From: Carcharhinus amblyrhynchos
Lineage: Eukaryota
Length of the DNA stretch: 64,000 bases
Assembly: GCA_965287045.1 (NCBI GenBank)
Contig: OZ336903.1
Location: 806,001-870,000, forward strand
Direction: 5' to 3'
A program made the position numbers and the translations under genes. How positions within the stretch are numbered: position 1 is the first letter of the stretch; every line of letters begins with the position of its first letter. Below the pieces are notes generated by a model, which saw nothing but the letters and a program-made list of their open reading frames with translations, had not been told where the DNA came from and did not search any database. Of the stretch, positions 25,601 through 39,086 are shown piece by piece.

Positions 25601-28579
25601 CTTTCCCTTCCATCAGTCACCAACATTTTTATTGTGAAATCTCTCTCTCTCTCTATATATAATATATATACACATACACACATGCTAATATTTTATGTCA
25701 GTGAATTCTCAACAGACATCAGGAAACTTTCAATCAATAATAACTCACAGTTGAGAAGCTGCAATGCAATTAGAGTCAGGAAGGAGCGCAGCATCGTCCC
25801 GACTGTCGGTTACTGCGATCAGACTTGACTATTCACCGAGTTTTGTACACCGGTACCGGGCTGTCCTTCCAACACTTTCTAAAACACCAAACGCTGCAGG
25901 AATGAATTCTTCGTTCAGAAAATAATATTTCCTCCCATCTGGTTAATTGATGCTCCCAAGTGTGAAATGTAAATTGCCGTTTGATAAAAGATACCAATGA
26001 CAGTTATATCCACCTCCTTCCCCTGTGCGGCAAATGAGGCCTACAATTTTGATAAGGAAGTGAGTCACTAACCCAGCAGCGGATCATCGAATCATCATAT
26101 CTTACAGCACAGACACATACGATTGAAAGAAATGTATATGGAAAATGTTTGCATATCATATTCGGCCTGCACTGGATTATATACATTTTTTGCACTGTTT
26201 TACCACTTTTTGCAAAGAACAATTTCCGAGGAACAGTTGAAGGCCTTGGAGATGACAAGAGATAAAATTTCCAGGTTAAATCCAGGGGAAATGGACTGCT
26301 CTGATGTGGAAAAAATGCATAAACTGCATGTCAGCTCCAATCACTTTCCTCAAGAAATCTGTGAGTGAATGTTCTCACCGACAAGTCCAATCCAATCGGC
26401 TGTTTAAGAGTCCTATCGAGTCCAAATACAGCCTGTATTTACAACCTGATTTTCACATTTTCACAAAGGAAAAGTGTAGACATTTCAGTCCAGCAGCAAC
26501 TCAAGCAAGATGTTCAAATCTGTAACATATGGAATCGAAAAAAAAAGTGTTTTTTTTTCCTCGAGTGGAAACACAACTTTTTCTCCTTGCTCTTAGAACA
26601 ACCTCCAAAGTTTTTACTGTCTTCTATTTGGAGAACAATATTCTCGAAAGACAGAAAGCCCAATTTATGAATGTTTTTAATATGTAACATCTCCATGCGG
26701 AAATCGTAGATTAAATGTTTCTGTTAAAGGACTGTTATTCTCTATTTGAACTTAATTACTTTTTGAACATATTTTAGAAGCGCCATTACATATCTGAGCG
26801 ATTTTGCTGCCTCCGCCCAGTTTAGAGTGACAGAGTTCGGCGGGACTGTGCCGCGCAGAAATATTTCTTATCTGCTGGACAAATGTAATTTTATTTTCAT
26901 GATCAACTTGAGATTCATTTGAGTGAATGTCTTTACAGAGCCGCGTTTAGAGAAGGGAAGCCCACAAGCATATTTGTTCCATACAGGAAGAAATGATTCC
27001 TGAGAAGCTAAGCAATTGGTATTGAGTTATATTCTGTGTCATCCCGAAGCAGCTCACTGTCTGCGCAGCGTCAGAACACTCGCTGCGCATTTTCCTGTGT
27101 TGCTGAACCGACAGGAAGCACCTGGCCTTGTGGTCAGGTCTCTGCTCGCATGTTAGTCGCTGCTACACTTTAACATTGACAGATTGCAATTGCACATTGG
27201 AACTTGTGTCGGGCAGTGCACTGGGACATGTAAAACTTCAAGTACCTTCGTGAATTCACCAGCAGCATGTGAGAGAACGGCATCTACAAATAGTTATCGG
27301 GGACTCCGGGAATAGTGTGTCGCTAAACCTTATTAAATTTGACTTGTGTTCAACAAATTTGAAATCAATGGTAATGAGATTAAACCGATTGCCTGGGCTG
27401 CATAAATCAATATACTACACATAGACCTTTGCCACGCTTAGACACAGAGGGTTCACCATTCAGCTCCATATCTATTATCCCTCAGTGCTTCCCCCGTGAA
27501 CACAGCAGACCGGGTGCACAAGTTCACTTATCGTGCAGAGAGGAGAGCAGATAAATACTTGGGATAATGGGTACAGCTCCTCCTTTATTGGCATAACACC
27601 ATGACAGTTTTTGGTCCATTTCAATGTATTTCAGTTCTCAAAAAATGTATCCAATCTATGAAATGATAAACTACAAACACGGAGTGATTTCCATGTGAGT
27701 CATTTTGTGACGTTGGCATCCCTGACTTCCTTTATTACTGAGAGGGCGGCTTAAGCATTGTAGTCACTTTGTGATGCGACAAAGTCTTAAGCAGGTACTG
27801 GGTGCCATGGAAATTACAGTTTCAGATATTGATATGTTATCCAGGATGGAGACTTATTGCGGGTTGGTTATTTAGGAAAAACTGCGGGTATCGTGTCAGT
27901 TTTTGGAGGTTGAATTAACAAGCATTGGTTGGTCTTTGATATTATTAGCATTCATCTTTCCATTTGGCAGCACCTGTCTGCAAAATATATTTTTCCAGCT
28001 AAAATGTCTTACGTCTCACATCTACAAGCAAAAATATGTTGGTTATTTATTTTTTCTTTAACAAGTGTCCAAATACCTTGGTGAAGAATCTTATTTACCT
28101 GAGCATTAACTGAAATCCCAACATATCTGCATTAATTCCAATACCAGAACTCACAGGTTAACACTCAGTGATTGAACCATAGGATCCCTATTTTGCAGCA
28201 GAAGGTCATTCAACGTATTGAGTCTGAACTGACTCTCCAACAGAGCAGCTTCCTCGTGCGTTATCCCCGTGACTCCACATTTTTTTTACGTTGCTAAAAC
28301 CCTAATTAACACATCTTGTGACACGTAGAGTCAATTAGTAATCGACCTATCCCGCCCACCTTTGCACTGTCTTTTTTTGGAATGGTTCAATTCCTTTGTA
28401 CAAAGGAACGTTCAATGTATGTCTCTGTCACCTACATCCGTACCACTATGCGGAGATGTCGGCGATGGACTGGGGTGGGCTCTAAAAGAAGCCTCACAGC
28501 ACCAGATAAAAGTCCAACATGTTTATTTCGTATCAATTTACTTGTCAATTTACCCTGGATCCAATGCACATTTAGCTTA

Positions 28580-30650
28580 TCGATCAGTGTCTTTTGTCTT
28601 TTGTTATTCAGTGCCTGACACCTGGCTGGAGTCACTCTGTCCTTTCAGATTCAGTGTCACAGGCCTGGCTGGGGTCAAACTGTGATTTGAGATTCAGTGT
28701 CAGAGACCTGGCTGGGTTCGATCTTTTATTTGAGATTCAGAGTCACAGACCTGTCTGGGTTGATTCTGTCCATTAAGATTCAGTGTCACAGCCCTGGCTG
28801 TGTTTGAACTATTATTTGAGATGCAAGTCTCATGCCTGGCAGTCTCATGCCTGAGGTTCATTGTCATAGGCCTTTATTGCTTCACTCTGTCTTTAAATTC
28901 AGTGTCACAAACCTGGCTGAATAAACTGTGTCCTCTCAGATTCAGTGTTCCAGGCCTGGTTCTGTTCAATCTGTCATCTCAGATTCAGTGGCACATGTCT
29001 GGTTGTATTCACACTGTGTCCTTTGAGTTTCAGTGTCAGAGGCCTGGCTGGAATCACTGTGTCTTTTGAGATTCAGTGTCACAGGCCGGGCTGTGTTCAC
29101 TCTGTCCTTTGACAATCGGTTTCACAGGCCGGGCTGGGTTCACTCTGCCTTTTCAATACAGTGTCAATGAACTGGTTGGAATCACTGTGCCCTTTTCAGT
29201 TTGAGTGTCACAGGTCTGGCTGTATACATTGCATCCTTTGACATTCAGCCTCACAGGCCTGTCTGTGCTCGAAATGTTATTTGAGATTCAAGCTCTCAGA
29301 CCTGACAGGGTTCACTCTGTCCATTGAGATTCAGTTTCACACGCCTGGTTAGGATCATAGAACATAGAACATAGAACATAGAACACTACAGCACAAACAG
29401 GCCCTTCGGCCCACAAGTTGCGCCGATCACATCATCACCTACCAACCTACAGACCTATCTATAACCCTCAATCTCATTAAACCCCATATACTCATCCAGA
29501 AGTCTTTCAAAAGACCCCAGCGAGTTCGCCTCCACCACCACTGACGGCAGCCGATTCCATTCACTCACCACCCTCTGAGTGAAAAACTTACCCCTAACAT
29601 CACTTCTGAACCTCCCTCCCCGCACCTTAAATCTGTGTCCTCTCGTAGCGACCATTTCAACCCGGGGAAATAGCCTCTGAGAGTCCACCCTATCTATTCC
29701 TCTCAACATTTTGTAAACTTCTATCAGGTCGCCTCTCAACCTTCGTCTCTCCAGGGAAAAGAGTCACAGCTCCCTCAACCTAACTTCATAAGGCATGCCT
29801 CCCAGTCCAGGCAACATCCTTGTAAATCTCCTCTGTACCCTTTCAATAGCTTCTACATCTTTCCTATAGTGAGGCGACCAGAACTGCGCACAATACTCTA
29901 AATGAGGCCTGACAAGGGTCTTATAAAGTTCCAGCATTACCTCCCGACTCCGAAACTCAATCCCTCGATTAATGAAGGCCAGTACACCATACGCCTTCTT
30001 GACCACCTCCTCCACCTGCGAGGCCGATGTGCTCCTTGAGATTCAGTGTTACAGGCCTGGCTGCGCCCTTTCAGATTCAGTGTCACAGGCCCGGCTGGGA
30101 TCCGTTCATCTGTTGTGATTCAGTTTCCCAGGCCTGGCTGTCTTCAAACTGTTACTTGTGATTCAGTGTCACAGACCTCGTGTACACATTGTGTCCTTTG
30201 AGATTCAGTGTCACAGGCCTGGCTGGATTCACTTTGCCATTTGCGATTCAGTGTTACAGGTCTGCCTGGGGTTACTGTGTGATTTGAGATTCAGTGTCAC
30301 AGGCCTCGCTGGATTCACTCTGTCATTTGAGATTCAGTGTTACAGGTCTGGCAGGAATCACTGTGTATTTTGAGATTCAGTGTCACAGGCCTGGCTGCGT
30401 TCGAAATGTTATTTGAGATTTAGCGTCACAGACTGGGCTGGGTTCTCTCTGTTCTTTGAGATTCAGTGTCACAGATTTGGCTCTGTTCACTCTGTCCTTT
30501 CAGTTTCAGTGTCACGGGCCTGTTTGGGTTCACTGGTTCCTTTATGTTTGAGTGTCAGAGGCCTGGCTGGGCTCACTCTGTCCTTTGAGATTTAGTGCCA
30601 CATGCCTGGCTCGGTTCACTGTGTCATTTGAGGTTCAGTGTCACAGGCTG
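28580..30650 (+). repeat. 43-bp tandem satellite (tgagattcagtgtcacaggcctggctgggttcactctgtcctt), interrupted by a LINE
   Basis: Unit starts recur at 30201, 30244 and 30287 (43-nt period). Confidence 0.95.
29355..30028 (-). mobile_element. CR1/HER1-type LINE, 5'-truncated, inserted in the satellite
   Basis: [46 protein letters not shown] and RGDLIEVYKMLRG...FFTQRVV; (catagaa)n tail. Confidence 0.95.
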
Positions 30651-31945
30651 GTCTGGAGATGGAGAGAGTGTGGTGGCTTACTGAGTGCATTGAGACAGCA
30701 TCACTACCTGATGGAGAGTCAGGTGGCTGAGTGCACTGAGACAGCATCACTCCTTGATGGAGAGTCAGGTGGCTGAGTGCACTGAGACAGCACCACCAGC
30801 AGATGTAGTGTGAGGTGGCTCACTGAGTGCAGTGAGACAGCATCAACAGCGGATGGAGAGAGCGGGGGGTAACTGAGTGCAGTGAGATAGCATCAACAGC
30901 AAATGGAGAGAGGGGTAAATGAGTGCATTGAGTCAGCATCACCAGTAGATGGAGACAGTGAGTATTTTATACTGAATGTGGTAAGACAGGGACACCAGCA
31001 GATGGAGACAGTGAGGGGTAACTGAGAGGACATGGACAGATTGCTGGAATGTGGTAAATAATCAGGGTGTTTGTGGGATGTGGCAGGTCACAGGCTGGGA
31101 GTTGAAACTGGGTAAACAGAAGGATAGCAGCAGGATGTGTGAGGTCACAGATTGGTGAAGTGTAGCAGTAAATGAGGGTGTAGGGTAGATTTTGGAGGAC
31201 ACAGAGAATGTGGTGAAATGTAGGGATGACTGAGGATAACAGAAGGCCTTCATAGTACAAAGAAAGATTGTTGATTTCTAGATAGCAGTGAGGATAATAA
31301 CAGTGTTTGGGGGACTCAGAGAGATGTGTGAGAAGTAGAAAGTGAGGATAACAGTTGGATATGAGAGGACACAGGTAGATTGGTGAGACATAGTTAGCAG
31401 TATGGATAATAGCAGCGTTTGGGGTGCCAGACAGATTGCTGAAATGTAGTAAATAATGATGATTACCATCAAATTTGGAAGGACACAGAGACATGGGAGA
31501 AAGGCAATAGCAGTGAGAGTGACAACAGGAATTGGCAGGAAACAGACAGAATGGTGAAACATTGTAATGAGTGAGGATAGAGCTAGGATTCTGAAAGACA
31601 GGCAGTGTCCTTTAGCATAACAATGAGTAAGGATAACAGGAGGATTTGTCGGGATTGTAAATGTTGGGGATATATCCAGGATTTCTGTGGGCACTGACTG
31701 ATTGGATATCAATCAGTAAGCTTTACTGATTGGATATCAGTAAGCAGTGAGGATATCAGTTAGCTTTTGGAGGATAGGGATCCGTGTTAAAATCTAATAA
31801 ACAATGTGGACAACAGATTGTTTCCGGGTGATAGTGAGAGAATGGTGAAATGTAGTAAATAGTGTGGACAACAGGAAGTTTCGCGGAGCTATAGACAGAA
31901 TGGTGAAATGTGGTAAACAGTGTGGATAACTGTAGGTTTCAGGGG
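30650..31945 (+). repeat. Degenerate ~40-45-bp minisatellites (gatggagag...ctgagtgcactgagacagcatca; gaatggtgaaatgtagtaaacagtgtggacaac)
   Basis: Visible tandem recurrences; duplicated at ~47745-48960. Confidence 0.8.
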
Positions 31946-33457
31946 AATCAGGCAGCTGTAGATCCAGGATAGATGGGGCTGGAGGGGGAGGCAGGGGTCA
32001 CTGTGGCTCATCTGCTGTGGTCTTGCCCGTGCCCAGCTCGATCTGATCTGTGCAGCCCCACACACTGGAGAATGTTTGATAGCGAATGAAGATTAGAAAT
32101 CTAACTAATGTGTCAACACCTTCAGAGGGTCACACACTGTATTCGAACAAACTGAACTGGATTACACTGAATGAGAAGTCATGTAATGTAACCCTCACAG
32201 ACTTCATGAATGAAGTACATTTTTTTTTAAGAGGGATGGGGGGGGGGGGGGAGGTGTGGGGGGGGGGGGCGGGGCTGGGGAAATTAGATACAGACTCCAG
32301 CCTGGTTGTTCCTTTAAACAGGAGATGATATCTGTCTGTGTGTATGTGTGTTCCTGTCCCTGGGCACAGTTCCCAGAGAGTTGAAAATACTGCATCTCTC
32401 TCTCTCTCTCTCTCTCTGCAGAGCTGCTGCTTAAAGACACATTGACAACATTTATCTGACGGAAACATCTCTCTCATTCGCTTCCTCTCCTCCCCCAATG
32501 AGGGCTTCTACTCTCAAAAAAAGCCTAAACCGTATTTTTTTGCAGCTCTGATCTGTTGTGATTCATTAACCATTAAACACAGGACACACACATTCAGACA
32601 CCGAGACAGACAACAACAGAGGTTGTTTTGGAAATCCGAAATTGAATTGTAAACACAGCAACAAATAACTTGCAAAAAAATGTTTTAGTTCAGGCAGCTG
32701 AAGCAAAAAACGAACTTTGTAAGAATCAGCAAAGGATGCAAATCTGTAACCAATGGAGTGCAGGATGAACAAATTATATAATCCACATTCAGGCCTGGTC
32801 TCTCCCAGGCTACCAGTTACTTTAAACCCATTTTCCCTCAGCTCCCAGTTTTGGTGATGTGAAGGAAGAGCCTTGGGATAAACCGTTTGCCTGCTGCTCA
32901 ATAACCCACCCACCTACCCACTCACTCTCTCACACACAAACACATACACGCAAACACACGGACGCAAACACACAAACACACACACATACAAACACACAAA
33001 CACACACACATACAACAAAACCACCCCCCCCTCAAACACACACAATACCACCCACCCAACACCACCCCCCTCCACCCCCACCCCACCTCCGCCCCCCCCC
33101 CCCCCCCCCCCCCGCCTCAAACACACACAAAATCACCTCCATCAAACACAAACAAACCCAACCCCCCACAACCCTCTTGAGACAGGTTGTTGGTCTGGGC
33201 CGTACCTGGAGTCGGTGGGTTCAGGTGAGGTGCAGGAGATGTGGTTGGATGGCGGTTGATTGGGGATGTGTGGGCAGTTTGTCTGACTCAGTGAGTTTAT
33301 GAAAAGGCTGGAGATCCATTGCCCTGTCTCTCTACACGTGGATTGGTAACTATCAGGGGAACTCTGTCTTTGTGAATGTGTGTGTGTTGCACTGATATCT
33401 GAAACCCATTTACCCAGCACAAAGCCCCAGGCCCTGGATCTCTCTCCCTCGATGGTA

Positions 33458-33680
33458 GTCATGATGTGGAGATGCCGGCGTTGGACTGGGGTAAACACAA
33501 TAAGAAGTCTCACAATACCAGGTTAAAGTCCAAAAGATTTATCTGATCGTAAACCCACAAGCTTTCGGGGTTTGCCCCTTCGTCGGGTGAGTGGAGAGTT
33601 CTGATCTCAGACAGAGCATATAACAGCGCACCCAATTTACAGAACACTGATTAGAATGAGAATCTTTACAGCTCACCTGC
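33458..33680 (-). mobile_element. Penelope-like element terminal fragment
   Basis: catgatgtggagatgccggcgttggactggggtaaacac...caagctttcggggtttgccccttcgtc; same family as 42203-42595. Confidence 0.7.
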
Positions 33681-34317
33681 TATTCTGCTCTGAACCTGCT
33701 CTGTCTAACTCTCTCCCTCTCTCTCTGTCTTTCCCTGCCTGAAATTAAATTGTCACAATTCACATTGGTGTTTTCCTTCACATTTTATTGAAAGATGAAA
33801 TATAGATCGGAATGTTTAGGGACAGAGAGAGGGTTTGGGGTGCCAGGATTGGTAAGAACATTGGAGAGACAGAGACAGGGAAATTCTAAACCCCCCCATC
33901 CAAATATAAATTCCCGGGAAAGAGAGGGAGGGAGTCAAATAGAGTCACACAGCACAGGAACGGGCCACTGAGTCCACCAGGTCTATGCTGGCCATCAAAT
34001 CCCAATCTATACTGCCCCCATTCCCCAGCACTTGCTGCAGAGCCTACGATGCCTCAGCGATTAAAGTGCTTGAATTTACCCGACCCCGTTTCAACTTGCT
34101 GTTTTCCATCGAAACACTTTGTGGCCCGTCAGCAAGATTTTGTTTTTTTAAAAAAAAACGTCTCCCCACTGTTGCAGTGCGGGCAGAGGCCACAGGTCCC
34201 GTGTGTACACAGGAAGATCCCACAGCAGCAGCAGCAGCAGCAATGTGAACCAAGATCAGATGGGACACAGTCCCTCCCATCACACCCTCACACTCTCATC
34301 TGCTGTGAGCCCCCTCC

Positions 34318-35165
34318 NNNNNNNNNNNNNNNNNNNNNNNNNNNNNNNNNNNNNNNNNNNNNNNNNNNNNNNNNNNNNNNNNNNNNNNNNNNNNNNNNNN
34401 NNNNNNNNNNNNNNNNNNNNNNNNNNNNNNNNNNNNNNNNNNNNNNNNNNNNNNNNNNNNNNNNNNNNNNNNNNNNNNNNNNNNNNNNNNNNNNNNNNNN
34501 NNNNNNNNNNNNNNNNNNNNNNNNNNNNNNNNNNNNNNNNNNNNNNNNNNNNNNNNNNNNNNNNNNNNNNNNNNNNNNNNNNNNNNNNNNNNNNNNNNNN
34601 NNNNNNNNNNNNNNNNNNNNNNNNNNNNNNNNNNNNNNNNNNNNNNNNNNNNNNNNNNNNNNNNNNNNNNNNNNNNNNNNNNNNNNNNNNNNNNNNNNNN
34701 NNNNNNNNNNNNNNNNNNNNNNNNNNNNNNNNNNNNNNNNNNNNNNNNNNNNNNNNNNNNNNNNNNNNNNNNNNNNNNNNNNNNNNNNNNNNNNNNNNNN
34801 NNNNNNNNNNNNNNNNNNNNNNNNNNNNNNNNNNNNNNNNNNNNNNNNNNNNNNNNNNNNNNNNNNNNNNNNNNNNNNNNNNNNNNNNNNNNNNNNNNNN
34901 NNNNNNNNNNNNNNNNNNNNNNNNNNNNNNNNNNNNNNNNNNNNNNNNNNNNNNNNNNNNNNNNNNNNNNNNNNNNNNNNNNNNNNNNNNNNNNNNNNNN
35001 NNNNNNNNNNNNNNNNNNNNNNNNNNNNNNNNNNNNNNNNNNNNNNNNNNNNNNNNNNNNNNNNNNNNNNNNNNNNNNNNNNNNNNNNNNNNNNNNNNNN
35101 NNNNNNNNNNNNNNNNNNNNNNNNNNNNNNNNNNNNNNNNNNNNNNNNNNNNNNNNNNNNNNNNN
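34318..35165. other. Assembly gap (848 N)
   Basis: Run of n. Confidence 1.
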
Positions 35166-36009
35166 TTCCCAAGTTTGCAGAAAGTGTTGAACTTCCTCTC
35201 ATACCGAAGCCAAACCATTTTAAAAACAAAATCCCTGCGGTGCACAACAAGATCCCTGAATTTCCTGTCAGTTGGGTTAAACCTTCTTTTCTAATTTGGT
35301 AAAACTTTACACAGAGAGAGAGTCAGACAGAGAGGGGCTGAGACAGTGAAATTCACCCCCTCCCCCCGGCACCCTCAGAATTGAATCATAACATGTAGGG
35401 CAGCTCGGTGACACAGTGGATTAGCGCTGCTGCCTCACAGCTCCAGGGACCCGGTTTCCATTCCTGGCTTGGGGCACTGAGATCCTGTGTCTCTTCCCAA
35501 CCTCTCGCTGCAACCCACAAACCTCACCTCATGCTATCTTTTCCTGTTTTCCCCTCTCTCTCCCTCCCACTCTTTTTCTTTCTACCCCTCCCCCGTCTGT
35601 TCTTTTTCTCCCCCCTTCATAACCTGTCTTTCTCTTTCTCTCTCTCCCCAGCTTTCCGTGTTTGTCTTTCTGACACCCTTTTCTTCCCTCCCTGTCTTTT
35701 TTTTTCTGTCGCCCTCCCTCCGTCTTTCACTGATGCCTCTCTCACTACCTTCGCCTTCCTCTGTCTTTCTCTCTGTCTCTCTCTCTCTCGCCCCCTCCCC
35801 CATCGCAGTCCTTCCCAAAGTAATCCCCACACTCTCGCCTGCTGTGAGTCCCCTCCCCTACTCTTCACCCCGTGTGTGTCAGTCTGTGTGTATGTCTCAT
35901 CCCAAATTTCCAGAAAGTGTTGAACCCCCTCTTAAAACTAATCCAAACGCTTTTTTACAACAAAATTCCTGTGATACACAGCAAGTTCCCACAAGGTGCA
36001 GTCAGCTGG

Positions 36010-36530
36010 GCTGAGATAGAAGGTCCCGGTCACCCCATGTAGAACATAAGCACTAGCCCACCCCTGTATCCAACTGTCCCTGCCGATGGAACCCGAGATT
36101 GATGGTGTCCGGCCTCCCCAACCTGGGTCTGTAGATCCATGTGGGATAGTGAAGAGAGAACCCGAGTTAACGGCGAGGTAAGAGGCCACCTCGTGAGACA
36201 CACAACCTGGGGGTGGAGGGCCCAACACACAGCTGTAGTAACTGATTTAAAGCGCACCCTCGCCACAACACCAGCCTTACTAGTCCCCGGCACAGATATA
36301 CCAAACATCTTAGAGATTGCAGCCCCCAGTCACACACTTTCAGCAGTATTATTACAAGACAGACATGGTAGACCAGGTCAGTGGCCTACACCTTATGAGT
36401 ATTTGACACAATCGAACGGGGCTTCCCCAGGTGCGAACGACATTTGCTTGCAGTGTTTTAGGCTGTGCAACATTTCACTGTATCACCGAACTGAATCCAA
36501 AAACTGTTCACACTGAACACACCCCAAACC
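36010..36530 (+). mobile_element. LTR-retroelement (Gypsy/ERV-like) pol fragment, RT thumb-RNase H-like region, disrupted
   Basis: W..QHTAVVTDLKRTLATTPALLVP...LSAVLLQDRHG, then after a frameshift PVAY...ERGFPRCERHLLAVF*AVQHF. Confidence 0.7.
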
Positions 36531-36990
36531 GGCTTCTGCTGGACGGCTGCAGTACACTCCGGTCATTGTCGTTTATAATGTTAAGAAGATAACGGGGATG
36601 GAAGATTTGGAAGCAGGAATGGATGCAAGGGAGCGAAAGGGAATGTTTGGACGTACTGATAATAAACTTCAAAGGCTCATTGTCGAAGTAAAATAGCTGC
36701 CATGCGATCTTGAACTGTTCCTGCTTCAGCTGGAACTTGGGTTTCTCCATCAGGCTCCATGTTCCAACTCTTCCATTTGTGTTGGAAAATTATCTTCTGG
36801 GTGAATGCTCAGTTCCTGCTGGAGGGCAGAGTCGTGCAATGCACAACACACTAAACTAATCCTTCTCACTATCTCTGCTCCACCCTGTTCCATTCCCCCT
36901 GACCTGTCCAGCCATGGGAAAGGTGACGTCACTCCACCCATTGTCCTCTCCACCAACTGACGCGCTGATATAGGAACATGGTTGTCACGT
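36530..36990 (-). mobile_element. Decayed LINE endonuclease-region fragment
   Basis: Remnants resembling an AP-endonuclease ORF2 N-terminus (RTMGGVT, LSIHPE...ELEH); many disruptions. Confidence 0.4.
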
Positions 36991-39086
36991 GCTTTGTGCT
37001 CCATTGTTGGTCTCGCGATATGATATTATCAACCATATTCTCCCGTATCATACAGTAACTACCCTATCAGGACAGGTCATGGGTATGGTCCGATATTGGA
37101 GTGAACTCTTAGAAATGAATGCGTCATGGTCCTGTCGCTGTTTGTTCGCCTTTACACTAAGTTTGCTCATTTGTGCATCAAACTCTAACATGCCATGTAA
37201 AGATTGGAATCCCTTCCTGATAATAAATTAAGCAAGGTTATCTATTGGTGCCTTCATTGGAATATAATCAATCAACAGCTTCAACTAGCTTTGGAGAACT
37301 AGCGATGCTGTGCACTATGACAATATTACCTGAAATTACAGGGTGAATATTGAGTGAAAGGGGAACCTCTGAGAACATAAACTGTAGGAGGAAAATGTCC
37401 TGTTTTCACAACAAAACTGTCTTCTGGAACTTGCATTTCATTTGGCGTTCACAGTCTCAGCGCCTCATGGTTAACAATCCCTTGCAGTGCACTGGGGGCT
37501 TCTCGGATAGCTGAGCTTAACTTCCAAGACTGCTTCACAGATCCAGAGCTTTGGTGCAGCTTCTCAGGAAACGGAAGCCTGCATTTACATATTTGCCTTC
37601 GATCGGAATGTGTGGGCCAAAATGTTTACGGGACATTTTCTGGGACTTTCCTGGTACTGTGGAGGTGGGAAGCGTCATCCTGAAAAGACAGCTGAGGCGC
37701 AGAGTTGGGATGATGTGTTGAATTGCAACTTATTAACAACTAAACACATCAAAACGCTTGAACAACCTGTGTGGAGTTCTGGAGCGTCCACACGTGTGTG
37801 TGTGATGTTGTTTACGCTTCACACTTGCCCTTGATGTCGGTTCTTGTGCGCTGTCCAATCTTGACCTACTTGTGTCGAGAAAACCGTCATTTCAAAGACT
37901 AAACAGGCAAGAGGGCGACCGTAGATTTGTCGAAGTTGATGACCAATAAAATAATGCCCCTTGCTTCCAACTCTAACCTTCCTGGATCATTTTAGAATCC
38001 GTTTCTGCACCTTCTCCAAGGTGCTGACCCTTGGTCCAATACACACCGCCGGAGTGTTCTCAGAAATAGACTAGTGTCCAGTGACGAACAATATTCACAG
38101 ATTTCTTTATTTAATTATTCTACATTGCTCTTTTTTGAGTGTTTTTCAACAAAGTGTGAAGCAAGCTTTATATCTTGGAAGACCAGCACATGTGCAATTT
38201 TTTTTTCCAGGAGAGCAATTATATTAAACCCATTTATTCCATTCAAGCATAATTGTAATTTCAGCTACATGTGTCTTTTGAATTTAGCAACCGTTGTATG
38301 TTCACCAAGAGCTTTAACTGTCACCCTCTCTGTGTTTCTTTATCGCTTTGACAAGTGCCTCCTTCTCAAGTGTTGGAATTATTTACTTTATGGATAAGAA
38401 TGGACAGTTTGTTGAATGAAATACAGTTGTTTTTAATATTCCAGGGAAACTGCTCTATATATTTGGCCTGAGTGATTAGCAACAAGACGCCACTTCTCTG
38501 ATTTCTGCATCTTATCAGTGTCACAACCACACCACACCTGACCTGCAAACTGTGTTTCAGTTTCCAGACCACAACTATTGAATTGCAGCTGATAACACTT
38601 TTTTCCCTGCGTCCACGTTCCTGAAACAACCACACGATGGCACATAAACTTTCCATCAGTTCATCTGACTTTCATAAGGTTGTTTTGAATTTTTTTTTCA
38701 TTTATATATTTGAAGAAACACATATTTCTTTCCTTAATTATGATTTCGGGAAACTCGGCACCATTGTCAGTGCAAAGCAAGCTACTGTACTTCTCATCTT
38801 GTCTTCCTTTTTGTCATATCCGAACATGTTTATTCTTCCAATCCCCGGGCATCAATTCAAAGCCCAAAAAATATCGACAGCTTGAAGCCAGTGAGTGATG
38901 CAACACTTGTCTTATCACAAGGGGTTAACTGAATCTGTTTTTCAAGAGAATGAAAAAAAAATCCTAATTGCTTTCCTTGTGGGATTCCATCTTCTTTAAA
39001 ATGACACTCCTTTCAATGTTATCTCTCATAGTGTCTGTCCGTAGCCACTGGATAGATCTGGAATCAGCGCCTGTCGACAGAGGGAG

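Larger units (their letters stand above)
28780..34051 (+). repeat. Segmental duplication copy A (partner ~47313-51766)
   Basis: Collinear matches 28780~47313, 30600-31945~47690-48945, 31955-32910~50474-51415 and 33716-34051~51440-51766. Confidence 0.9.

Noticed and set aside
28580-30650. CRISPR-like regular array, or RSS-like CACTGTG heptamers
   Set aside because: Head-to-tail degenerate satellite with no unique spacers. No nonamers at 12/23 spacing were seen and there are no V/J segments.
30967-31712. 175-aa and 144-aa minus-strand ORFs (also 48757-49239 with TCCCPHC repeats)
   Set aside because: Translations of minisatellite DNA; frames are not preserved between the duplicated copies.
34049-35302. 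Long ORFs of 320-417 aa
   Set aside because: Artefacts of translating the N gap.
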